Assembly (NCBI RefSeq): GCF_039654945.1
Contig: NW_027361677.1
Location: forward strand, 5,394,001-5,458,000
Direction: 5' to 3'
Length of the DNA stretch: 64,000 nt
Origin: Dendrobates tinctorius
Taxonomy: Eukaryota
The notes under the pieces are model-generated. The model was not told the DNA's origin, made no database searches, and was given only the letters and a program-made list of their open reading frames with translations. Below, in pieces: positions 1 through 11,529 of the stretch. A program made the position numbers and the translations under genes. Each line of letters opens with the position of its first letter. Position 1 is the first letter of the stretch.

Positions 1-742
1 CACCTCCTGCCCTTTAAGGCCTCCCAGTATCCGGTCAGCAGGGCACTGGCGCGGCACCTCCCCCAGGAACCCTCCCGCGACCTTCCCCCGCATGAACCGT
101 CCCCCCCCCCCACCGCCTCGGGTACCGCGCGTCCCCCCGGATCGCCGCGCACACGCGGCGCACACTAGGAAGGCGGCCGGCACCCGACTTCCGGTTTTGG
201 CGTTCCCGGCCCCGCCCCTTCCACCGCGTCACTTCCGCCGCGCGTCAGAGGCCGCGGGAGCGCGCGGAAAGGAGCCGGCACGGCGCCCCCGGCTCCGGTA
301 TGCCCGCCGCCCCCATGCGCGCCAGCCTGCGCTTGGCGACCGGACGCAACTGCCGACCTGGCCGGAGGGGGTTTGAGACCGGACCCCGGGGGAAAACGCT
401 CAAGGAGGGGCCTGCATACATACCTGGTGCCCGCATTCTGAAGACGGCTGTCCACCGGACCCTTTGCTCCGCCTGCTCTAACCACTGCCGTGGCGACCTA
501 CCCGGCCCCACCGTGGCGCTTCCAGGTACCCCGAGCTTGACCGAGGTAGGAGATCCCCCCGCTACCTGAGTCGGTCAGCCGGCCTGGGAATCCCTCGACG
601 ACTCCATGATGGACGATCTGAAGGAAGTCCCGTCCTCTAGGAACAGGAAACCAACTGATGCGTGGGAGAGGTGCCGCCCTTTTGTATCTGTAGGTTTCCT
701 GTTCCTGAAGGGCGGATCCCCTCTCTCAGGTGGTGCTGTCAT
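1..742 (-). mobile_element. 5' end (left ITR and GC-rich leader) of a DIRS retrotransposon that continues beyond the window's left edge
   Basis: 640-742 closely matches the reverse complement of the left terminus of the DIRS at 37975-38093 (GGAAACCAACTGA...TAGGTTTCCTGTTCCT...GGCGGATCCC...GGTGCTGTC). Confidence 0.8.
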
Positions 743-897
743 TTAGATACTCCAGCATTCGTGGGTCCCTTTCCAGGGCGGGAAGTAGCTGGCAAAATTT
801 GGTTTTATGACATGGATCTAATGACGTGGCAACCCAGTAGTCAGCATTATTCCTAATCATTACGATACAGGGATCAGATAGTGCAGCAATAAGGCAC

Positions 898-3275
898 TCA
901 TATGTCGGGCTCTACCATGAGGTGTTGGTGGCTGGGTAACAATGAGCCGCGAACAACCCCAACAACAAAGGGAAGATTATCCTCTTCATCTGACAGTTGC
1001 TCGCCCATCACCTCTTCATCCTCCATTTGTTCCTCAGATCTTGCACCTTTGATAACAGTTTGTCTGTTACCACCAGCTCCCTCCCTCGATCGCAGTAATC
1101 CACCCTCCCTTGGCTCCCGCCTGTGTGACGACAGTCTTGAACTTTGAGACAAAGATATCCCTTCTTCCCTTCCGCATCCTCCTCTGCTTCCGCCTCTTCT
1201 TCTGGGACCATCATCACCTCACGCAGGCTATTCAACGTCTGCTCCAGCATAAAAATGATCAGAATAGTGATGCTGATGACGGCAGCGTCAGCACTAACCA
1301 TCTTAGTAGCCATTTCAAAACTGTGCAGAAGGGTGCCGAGGTCCTTAATCTGTGCCCACTCTGTAAATGTGATATGCGCCACCTCCGTACTGCATTGGCC
1401 GAGGCCATACAACATGACATACTACGTCTCCAAAGCATATCAATGTTAAGAGTGCCTGATTGCGGTGAGCCCTGGGTGGTGGGGATTCGCTATGCACTGT
1501 TGGAACGTGCGTCTCTTGAAGACAGAGGTTGAGGGCACAGGTGGAGATAGAGGAGGAAGCAGAAGCAGTGGAGGACGTGTTAAATATAGAGGTTTGGCCT
1601 GCAAGCCTTGGTGATTCCAAGACTTGTGGAGCAGCGCCTGTCCCCACAGCCACCAGTCACCCAGTGCCCAGTCAGTGAGATGTAACGCCCTTGGCCATGC
1701 TTATTCTTCGAAGTGCCTGTGGTGGAATGCTCCCTGGCAGATAAAGATTTAGTTAAGAAACAGGTGATGTCTACGACATGCTGGTGTAACACAATCACAG
1801 CTTTCTTAGAAAAATAATGGCGACTGGATAATTGGTACTGGGGGACTGCGACGGCCATCAGCTTTCAGAAACCGTCGGTATCCACCAGATGGAAAGGCAG
1901 CATTTCCATGGCCAACAGATTAGAGATGGTGGAGTTCAACCCCTTAGCTTTGTCATGCGTACGAGGAAACAATCTTTTCCATGACCACAACTGCGGTACC
2001 GTGGGCTAGCTGCAGTGCTGTGAGAGGGCGGCGTACGGTGAAACAGACAAACTGCTGGACCGTAATAGAGGTGCAGGCGGAGATGTTACTGTGGATTGAG
2101 AAATTTGTGGTGTGATCGTTCTCTGAGATCGGTCAACAACGGCAGGCATGTCCGCTTCCGTTACAGCTGAAGGCGGCCTCTCAGTCAGCGTGACTGGAGC
2201 GGGTAAAGAATCCAAGGTTCTACGGTTAAAGACCTGCATCTCAATAGTTGAAACGGTAACAGAGAAGGAGGAAGAAGCAGCAGATGCGATTGATGGGGTG
2301 GCTGATGGTGGATGATGTCCGCTGGTCCACATTTTTTGCGCAGTGGGATTCCCACACTAAAGCATGTTGAATGCGCATGTGAAGGTTCATACATGTAGTA
2401 GTCAATTATTGCAGTTTTTACCTCAACTCAGTATTTTTTTTGCAAAGTTGGCCAATTTACATGAGTTGGCTCATCCTTTCCAGTGTCAAAAAAGGCCCAG
2501 ACTAGGCAACCCTTGCCACCCCTGCAAGCTGCAGACCTGCAGACGCTGCTGGTCAGAGGGACAGTTTTGGCTGAGGATGCATTGCTTGTCATGGCTGCAT
2601 CACTACACTACATGCCAACGACGGACGGCGCAACGTAACCTTCTCGTTTTCCTCCTCAGATGACCTGCTCAGCTGTGTGCCTCTATGTTCACGCCAACTG
2701 AGATCTAACACCTCATCATCATCCTCTGTGCTATCACATAACTGGCCATAGGAGTTACTCTCCTCCTCTTCTTTCCCTGACAGCACAGTACTGTCCACGT
2801 GAGCCTCAGATATGAGTCTCATCAGGATCACCTACCCCCCAGGGGTTAATGTCTGATGACGAGGGTCAGGATACTGTTCGGACTGTACTTCTTCCTGCCC
2901 GGATCCAATTTGGGTGTGGGTGCAGGTTTTCTCATCTTGACGCGGCAAAGATTTTAAGTACACTTCTGATGACCATGGTTTAGATTGTATGAACATCTTT
3001 TCAAAATCACCTGTGATTCCGTGCAGTCAGTTGTACGGTTGGATACTTGGGACGCGGGGGGGAAGCAAGGGGAATTTAGGTGCCACATCTGTGGACTGTA
3101 TTGGGTGTGATGTTGAGGAAGAGGAGGAGGAGAGTCCACTTGAAGCTGCATTTGCCATCCACTCAAGTACACGCTCTTTCTGGCCATCATCGACAAGGTG
3201 AACCACTGTGCGGCTGCCAAAGAAAGCTAGTGGCGTAGCCCGACCAGTAACAGAAGCGGTCAGTTGTATTTGCAT
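898..3275 (-). pseudogene. Fragmented ZBED/hAT-like transposase
   Basis: ORF pieces 'PQYQLSSRHYFSKKAV..LHQHV', 'GQGRYISLTGHWV', 'WAQIKDLGTLLHSFEMATKMVSADAAVIS'; BED-finger-like remnant near 2340-2480; many frameshifts. Confidence 0.75.
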
Positions 3276-4332
3276 AGGACATGACGTTGCTTCACTAGTG
3301 CTTTCACATACATTACTGCCTACCCCATGTACACCTTGAAAACCAAGCCCAATTCCCCTTCCACCATGGCCTCACTTTTTCCCCAGTCATGTTGCTCAGA
3401 CAGTGTGGTTGGACTGGAGCGCAGTATTAGCAACAAAAAATTAGATTTTAAACTCTGTAGAGGTGGTGCAAACAGTTGAATTCAGCGACAGTAAATTCCA
3501 AGGTGAAATATAGCGTGCTGTATCACGTTAGTCACAGAAAAAAAGAGGGATTTTTGGGTTCTTACCGTAAAATCTCTTTCTTGGAGCCTTCATTGGGGGA
3601 CACAGATTACCATGGGTGTATGCTGCTGCTGCTGCTAGGAGGCTGACACTATGCAAAACAAGAAAATTAGCTCCTCCCCGGCAGGCACCAAGTACCTCAG
3701 TTGGTGAGAAAGTAGTAGGAGAAGCAACCAAAACTCTCAAAAATATGTACCAACCAAACAAGGGACTCGAAAACCCAACACGGTAAAACTTAAACAAGGA
3801 GGGAGCCGTGTCCCCCAATGAAGGCTCCAAGAAAGATTTTACGGTAAGAACCCAAAAATCCCTCTTTCTTTATCGCCTTATTGGGGGACACATTACCATG
3901 GGACGTTCTAAAGCAGTCCTGAAGGTGGGAACAGCAATAAAGAACGAGAAGGAAGGGCTTAGGTAGGCCGACGAGCTACCGCCGCCTGCAGCACCTTCCT
4001 ACCAAAAGCTGCATCAGAGGAGGCCTGGGTATGAACCCTGTAGAACCTCGAAACGTGTGCAAAGATGACCAGGTCGCGGCTCTGCAAAGTTGTCGAAGCC
4101 TGGTGTCGAACCGCCCAAGAAGCCCCTACAGCCCGGGTGGAGTGGGCTCTCACTCCCGGAGGGGGCTATTTCTCCAGAAGGCGGTAAGCTCCCAGAATGG
4201 TAGAACGAATCCAGCAAGCAATTGTGGATTTGGATGCCGGAAGCCCTTTTCGGTGACCTTCAGAGATGACAAGCAGGGAATCGGATTGACGAAACGAAGC
4301 GGTTCTGGCAAAGTAAACCCGCAAGGCTCTCA

Positions 4333-5286
4333 CTACATCCAGATTGTGGAGCGACTTTTCCAGGAGGGTGGACAGGCGCAGGACGAGGGAAGGAAGATAT
4401 CCTCATTAATGTGGAAAGGGGATACCACCTTAGGAAGGAAGTAGGGAACTGGCCTGAGAACGACCTTATCCTGATGGAGGATAAGGTACGGGGAACGACA
4501 GGACAAAGCCGCCAGCTCAGAAATTCTCCTAATGGATGTAATGGCGATCAGAAAGGTTACCTTCCATGAAAGAAGGCACAGAGGGATGTCCTGAATAGGC
4601 TCGAACAACGCCTTTTGAAGAGCGCCGAGAACGAGATGGAGATCCCACGGATCTATTGGCGAATGATGAGGAGGCGCCACGTGGGCGACTCCTTGGAGAA
4701 AGGTTTTAACTTGCGGCAAGGGGGCCAGATCCCTCTGGAAAAGAATCGACAGAGCAGATACCTGGCCCTTGAGGGTACTGAGGGACAGGCCCGCATCTAA
4801 GCTGGACTGGAGGAAGCCAAGAATGGATGGAATGGAGAAAGACAACAGGAAAACATTGTTATCCCCGCACCAAAGTAAAAAAGCCTTCCAGTACCGATGG
4901 TAAATGCGAGAGGAGGCTGGTTTCCTAGCTCCGATCATGGTTTGAGTGACCCTGCTGGAAAAACCTGATTCTCTCAGAATCGCGGCCTCAACGGCCATGC
5001 CGTTAAACTCAGAGACTGAGAATTCTGGTAGTAAAGGGGGCCTTGAGAGAGAAGATCTGGACGATCTGGAAGCCTCCAGGGAACGTCTGCGAGCATGTTC
5101 ACCAGTTCCGCGTACCAAGGGCGTCTTGGCCAGTTTGGAGCCACTAGAATCACTGGTATACCTTCTGATTTTATCTTCTTGACCACCCTTGGGATCAAGG
5201 CAAGGGGCGGGAAAAGGTAAGGAAATTTGAACTGGGACCACGGAATTACTGTATTTTTCGGACCATAAGACGCACTTTTTTCCCAA
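4333..5286 (-). pseudogene. DIRS tyrosine recombinase, frameshifted near the C-terminus (continues 3959-4153)
   Basis: 'LSTLKGQVSALS', 'AITSIRRISELAALS', then 'RAHSTRAVGASWA' in the next frame. Confidence 0.9.
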
Positions 5287-6090
5287 AAAATTTTGGGGGA
5301 AAGAGGGGGGTGCATCTTATGATCACAATATACTCACCTCCAGGGCTCTGCGGTGCGGTGGTGGCAGCGGGCCGTGCTCCGGTGCAGGGGCGGCGGCTCC
5401 GCCGGCATTTCCTCCCCCGAGATTTCGGAACGAGATCTTAACCCGCCCATGCGCCATCCCCGGACCGGCGGCCATCTTCCCGGCGTCCATGTTCCCGGAG
5501 GCCACCGCAACATGGCGGCGGCCAGCAGGGGATGTGCGGGGGGCCTCCGGGCTTGGAGGAAATGCCGGCGGAGCTGTCGCCCCTGCACCGGAGCACAGCC
5601 CGCCGCCACCACCGCCCCGCAGAGGCCCACCTGCCCCAGCCTCAGGACAGCTGCCCCAGCCTCAGGACAGCTGCCCCAGCCCAGCTGCCCCAGCCTCAGG
5701 ACAGCTGCCCCAGCCCCAGGACAGCTGCCCCAGCCCAGCTGCCCCAGCCCCAGGCCAGCTGCTCCAGCCCAGCTGCCCCAGCCCCAGCCCAGCTGCTCCA
5801 GCACAGCTGCCCCAGCACAGCTGCCCCTTCCCCAGCACAGCTGCCCCTTCCCCAGCACAGCTGCCCCAGCACAACCAACCTGCCCCAGCACAGAGCCGCC
5901 ACCGCACGAGCATGGACCACTGAATGACCCCTCTGACTACTCCTCCACCTGTGCCGGATCCCTTCCCAGGTACGCTGAATTCGGACTGTAAAGACGGACC
6001 CCCATTTGACACATTTTTTTCCCCTATTTTCCTTCTGAAAATTGGGGTGCATCTTATGGTCCGGTGCATCTTATAGTCCGAAAAATACGG
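5249..6090. mobile_element. Tc1/mariner-pogo-type MITE inserted in the DIRS methyltransferase-like region
   Basis: TIRs CTGTATTTTTCGGACCATAAGACGCAC / GTGCATCTTATAGTCCGAAAAATACGG, TA on both sides, DIRS reading frame resumes across it; internal CAGCTGCCC array 5630-5890. Confidence 0.9.
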
Positions 6091-9000
6091 TACCAGGGCA
6101 TCGCAACCGACGGCTAGAGGGTCCCTGGACCTGGCTACGAAGCAAGGGCCTTTGTGATTCATCCGCGATGCCATGAGATCGACGTCCGGGGTGCCCCAAC
6201 GCTGGCAAATCTGATTGAAGACTGGGGTGAAGGGACCATTCGCCCGATGCTAGGCCCTGGCGACTTAGAAAATCGGCTGCCCAATTTTCCACCCCTGGAA
6301 TGTGGACGGCGGAGATCGCCGGAACATAACGCTCTGCCCAACGCAGAATCTTTGCAACTTCTGTCATTACTTGCCTGCTGTAAGTACCGCCCTGATGGTT
6401 TATGTACGCCACGGCCGTGGCGTTGTCCGATTGAATGCGAACTGGTTTGCCCACGAGAAGAGGCTGCCAGCAGAGTAGGACAAGAAAGATCGCTCTGATC
6501 TACAGAAGGTTGATGGGAAGCAGAGTCTCCTGGGCATTCCAGCGTTCTTGGGCCGTTTTCCGATGGAAAACCGCCCCCCATCCTAGAAGACTGGCATCGG
6601 TGGTGATGACTTGCCACTGAGGCGGTAGAAAGGACCTTCCCTGGAGAAATGACGACGGTAATGTCCAACCAAGTCAGGGATTGCCTTACTCTGAGAGGCA
6701 GGAGAATGGGGCGATCCAGAGATACAGAGGTCTTGTCCCAGGCTGAAAGGAGGGACAGCTGGAGAGGGGGCGAGTGTGAAATTGTGCGAAAGGCACTGCT
6801 TCCATGGAGGCTAGCATCTTCCCCAGGGTCCTCATGCAGGTCCGAAGGGGAATGGGCCTTGAGCGTTTCAGAGGTCGGATTCCCTTGCAAAGGGCTGAAA
6901 ATTTGTCCCTCGGTAGAAACACCCGGGCTAGATTCGTGTCGAATTCCATGCCCAAAAAGGTCAGACGCTGAGTAGGGAGCAGGATGGACTTCTCTTTGTT
7001 GACTATCCATCCGAGGCGGTCGAGAGTACCCAGGTTTATCTAAAGACTCTGAAGGCAGTCTTGGCGGGACGAGCCCTTGATCAAGAGATCGTCCAGATAA
7101 GGGATGATGAGGATCCCCCTGGAGCGAAGGATGGCCATGACTGTCGCCATCACCTTTGTGAAAACACAGGGAGCGGAGGCTAGGCCGAAGGGAAGTGCCG
7201 TGAACTGATAGTGATTTTCCTGAATCGCGAAGCAGAGGTATCTTTGATGTTGCAAACAAACAGGGATGTGAAGATAGGCATGTCCACAGAGCAGAGGAAC
7301 TCTCCGGGTTCCACTGAGGCTATCACTGAGCGCAGGGACTCCATCTTGAAGTGGAGGATCCTCACGTGGCGATTGAGCAACTTGAGGTCCAAGATTGGAC
7401 GAAGGGAGCCGTCTTTTTTCGGGACTACGAAGAGATTAGAGAAACAACCTGAAAACCGTTAGTTTGAAGGAACGGGAACGATAACTCCGGCGGAAAGAAG
7501 GGAGGAGACGGCCTGAAGGAACCCTGGAATCTGGGACCGCTGTCTTGGGGGGACGAGACAGGAAGAAGCTTCTGTTTGGGGGAAAGGAAAATTCGATCTA
7601 ACCGGATACGATGATTTCCCTGACCCAAGCGTCGTCAACGGATAGCCATGCGTCCCTGAAAAAGGAAAGTCTGCCTCCCACCCTGGAAGAATTTACAGGT
7701 GGGGGTGACCCGTCACTTGGATGAAAATCTACCGGACCGGGAGCCTGAAGACCTGGAGGGCTGACCTCTTGATATCCAGCGGGGAGCAGGTTTATATGAT
7801 GGTTTTCTCCGGTCTCTGGAAGCGGAGGGCCGGTCCTGCTGAGATGAACCTTCTGTGGAAGATAAGGGGCGAAAGGACCTAAACGGCCGAGAAGCTTTTC
7901 TGTTGAAAAACCTTCTAGGCCGGGACTGAGGAAGGGAGGTACTATTACCACCAGTGGCATCCGAAATTATCTGATCCAGCTTGGCGCCAAAGAGCCTAGA
8001 GCCGTGAAATGCCAGATTGGTGAGCGACTTCTTAGAAGTGGTGTCCGCACTCCATGACTTCAACCAAAGGATGCGGCGTATGGCTACAATGTTGCTGTTA
8101 GCTCTTGCTATGCACCCGGCCGCGTCCAAGGAGGCGGCCAAAAGGTATTTACCCGCATGATTAATTTGGCCCGCTCATCCTGCGGGGCTGCAGCTAAGAT
8201 GCCCTTGCAAAGAATTTTGGCCCAAGCTGAAATGACTTTCGCCACCCAGGCGGAGGCGAAAATAGGACAGAGAGGCGCCGGATGCCTCAAAAATTGACTT
8301 AGCCAGCAATTCTGTCTGTCTGTTGGATCTTTAAGTGAAGCCCCGTCCGGAAGAGACAGAACCGTCTTAGAGGAGAGATGGGAAACTGGTGGATCTACGT
8401 CGGGAGCTTTGGTCCATTTTGTGAGTAGATCCTCATCGAAGGGGTATATCACATCCAAGTACTTTCGGCCTGAAAAACGTTTCTCAGGGTGTTCCCAGTG
8501 TTTGGATAAGGAAATATCGAACTCCTTGTGATTAGGAAAGGTTCGAGAGGGAGGTTTCGCTCGCTTAAAGGAAACAGAGCATTCCTGAAGATGTGCTTTT
8601 TCCTGTTTTATTTTGAGTGTTTGGAAAATAGCCGATATGAGACTCTCAACCATGTCTCGTGTTTTAGACATGTTGTCTGCCTCTGAGTCAGATCCCGATT
8701 GGGAATCATCGTCTGACCTAAGGTCGTCTTCTGATGAAGGAGATGAGCAACGTAGCCTAGGAGAAGCGGAAGGACCTTGTGAGCTGGAAGAAGAGCCGGA
8801 CAGAGCCCGCTTCCTAGAACTCCTACCCGGTCTGTCCGTCTGAAGGTCGCGGTCAGGTGCATGTGACTCACCATGAGAGGCGGTCGGCACACAGGTGGCT
8901 GTAGATAGCTGAGGTAAACGTTCTAAGCCCTGGAACAGGGACTGAGAAACTTTAGTCAGGTCAGAGACTGACTGAGACATAGCAACGGCCCACTCTGGGG

Positions 9001-11529
9001 GAGAGGGAGTGCTCTCATTACGGGGCTCGGTGTGCTCCTGAGGGGCAGACATAATAGAAGGGCTGCAGGACGGACAGAAGGGAGACGACTGACCTGATGC
9101 CCACTTCTTTTTACAGCGCGCGCAGGCGTAGTGAATAGCAATGGGTCTGGAACAGAGAGCCCTTGCAGGGTTGAGCATGTGTGTAGTCTGAGGCAGTATG
9201 TGTGCAAGAATCTGATAAGCAACTGCCACGGGGAGCTAATAGTGGCCTCAGGAAAATAGCAGAGCAGGGCCTACCGAAGTTCAGATGTGCAGCAGGACGC
9301 CGCTGTGTCCCGCAAACAGAGATCTGATGAAGGGAGAGAACGATATCTGCAGAACGCCAGGATACCGATAGCGGTGGGCGGGGCTTAACGGCAGCACTGC
9401 GTGATTGGATAAAGACCCGAGGAGGCGCGGTTAGGAGTCGAAGCCTGACGGCGTCAAGGAGAAAGCAGCCCTGTGATGGGCTAAAAAAAGGCGCGAAGGA
9501 AGCGCACGCAGAGCGGGAGGAGGAAGCTTTCAAAGTGAAAGTGAACACCGCGTCTCCTACCCGAGTCTAATAACCGGCGGCGCACCCGTGGGCCCGTGAG
9601 GCCGCAGAGTTAATAAAGGTACCGAGACTACCGCTGCCCACGGACCCCACCGCTGACCCCCCCATGATGCGTACATCTGAAGCAGAAAGGGGGAGGGAAA
9701 TTCAAACAGGGGTGGTGGAGATGTACCCGATGCGCCGACCATGATAGCTTCCAGGTGGAATGAATGTAGGGCGGAAGTTTGAAACCGGGGGGGCTACTAG
9801 GGGAGCCTGTGGGACGGCTGCAGGATCAGATTTGGTCCATGCTTGAATGCGGGGCTGGCGGGGACATTCAGACAGCTTACCTGACGTCCTGAAGAGGATG
9901 ACCGCAGGGGCCCACGAATAGAGAGCAGACCGCTGGGAGAAAGAATCCTCTGTACCCGCACCATGTCCGCACGGTGCAGAAGACGGCGCCAATCTCTTGT
10001 TAAGAGGGGGAAACGTCACCGCTGGTGACCGCCGTCTTCCTCTCAGCCCTGTCCCGGGAGAGGGGTGAGGAGGGGAATCGGCTAGGACCGGCCACCTGTC
10101 ATCAGCCCTAGCACCCAAGGGTGATAGGGGAAAGGTCCTGCCTGCGGTACTGAGAGTTGCGATGTGGGTAACACCACACTGCTCGCTCAGCCGCTTGATA
10201 TGGGAAAGCAGGATGAACTGACACCCTGTTTCCCGATGCCGAATCTGAAAAATAAATGGAAAAACATTAATACACACAACAAAACCCTAAAAAGGAAGTT
10301 AAATGCAGATCTGGGGAGATACCGGTCCGCCTCCTACAGACACTATGCACAAACTGAGGTACTTGGTGCCTGTCGGTGGGTGTATACAGCCAGGGAGGAG
10401 CTAATTTTCTTGTTTCGCATAGTGCCAGCCTCCTAGCAGCAGCAGCATACACCCATGGTAATCTGTGTCCCCCAATAAGGCGATAAAGAAAGATATTTTC
10501 TTTGGAGCATGGATCAGGCCTCTATAACACACAAGATGCTACAAACTCTTCAAAGTCAGGTCCCTTACTGTGTGACATTAATAACAGAATTTATTAGTGG
10601 CCTCTGGATCAGGCCTCTACAGCTTAATATCAACCCAAACAAATGACAAAGTGTGACACAGCGGGTTGTCTAACTTTTTGCAACCGAAATTTTGTTTTAA
10701 TGTGCCTTAGGTCTACAGACAGGTTACTATCACCGCCACAAAATGACATTCAGCAACAGGAAAAATGATATATTTTTTCTTTTTATGTGCCTTAGGTCTG
10801 AAGACAGTTTTATTTCACCACAGCACTAAATGACAAGGTGGGATACAGGAGGCTGTTTAATATTTTTTCACTAGCTACATGTGAATTAGAATGCTATACT
10901 CATGCATGGAGCACAATAGAAGCAGTGCACAACATGTTCCCTGCTGGATTTCTTTGTGGACCTCAGTATGGCCAAAAGAAAAAAAAAAAAAAAAAAAAAA
11001 GGGCTGGAAGGTAAAACAGGATTTTTTGGGTTGCTTACCGTAAAATCTGTTTCTCGGAGCCTTCATTGGGGGACACACACCCATGGTCTCTATGCTGCTG
11101 CCACTAGGAGGCTGACACTATGCACAAAAAAAGGTTAGCTCCTCCTCCGCAGTGTACACCCCACCGACCGGCAGGAAGTTCCTCAGTTAGTGAGAAAGCA
11201 GTAGGAGAAGTAACAGAATAGATTGAAAGCAGAACAAACAACTCAACTGTAACAAACCGACAAACATAAGAACAGGAGTTGTAGAACATGGGAGGGTGCT
11301 GTGTCCCCCAATGAAGGCTCCGAGAAACAGATTTTACAGTAAGCAACCCAAAAAATCCTGTTTTCTCGTTCGCCTTATTGGGGGACACAGAGACCATGGG
11401 ACGTCCCAAAGCAGTCCCTGGGGTGGGAAACAAACTTCCATCAGGCCAGTGGACTCGCCACCGCAGCCTGCAGAATCCTTCTACATAGGCTGGCGTCCGC
11501 CGAAGCGTAGGTGTGGACCCTGTAGAATT

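Larger units (their letters stand above)
3540..10491 (-). mobile_element. Full-length degenerate DIRS retrotransposon (ITRs, ICR, gag, RT/RNaseH/MT, tyrosine recombinase)
   Basis: Inverted termini ~3590-3700 vs ~10350-10491; ICR ~3806-3902 joins the complements of both ends; gag pieces 7713-9229, RT with YLDD 7040-7255, RNaseH 6071-6454 (SDNATAVAYINHQGG), YR 3959-5286 (RAHSTR). Confidence 0.95.

Noticed and set aside
5323-6174. Pro/Gln/Ala-rich ORFs on both strands
   Set aside because: By-product of the stop-free CAGCTGCCC array inside a MITE
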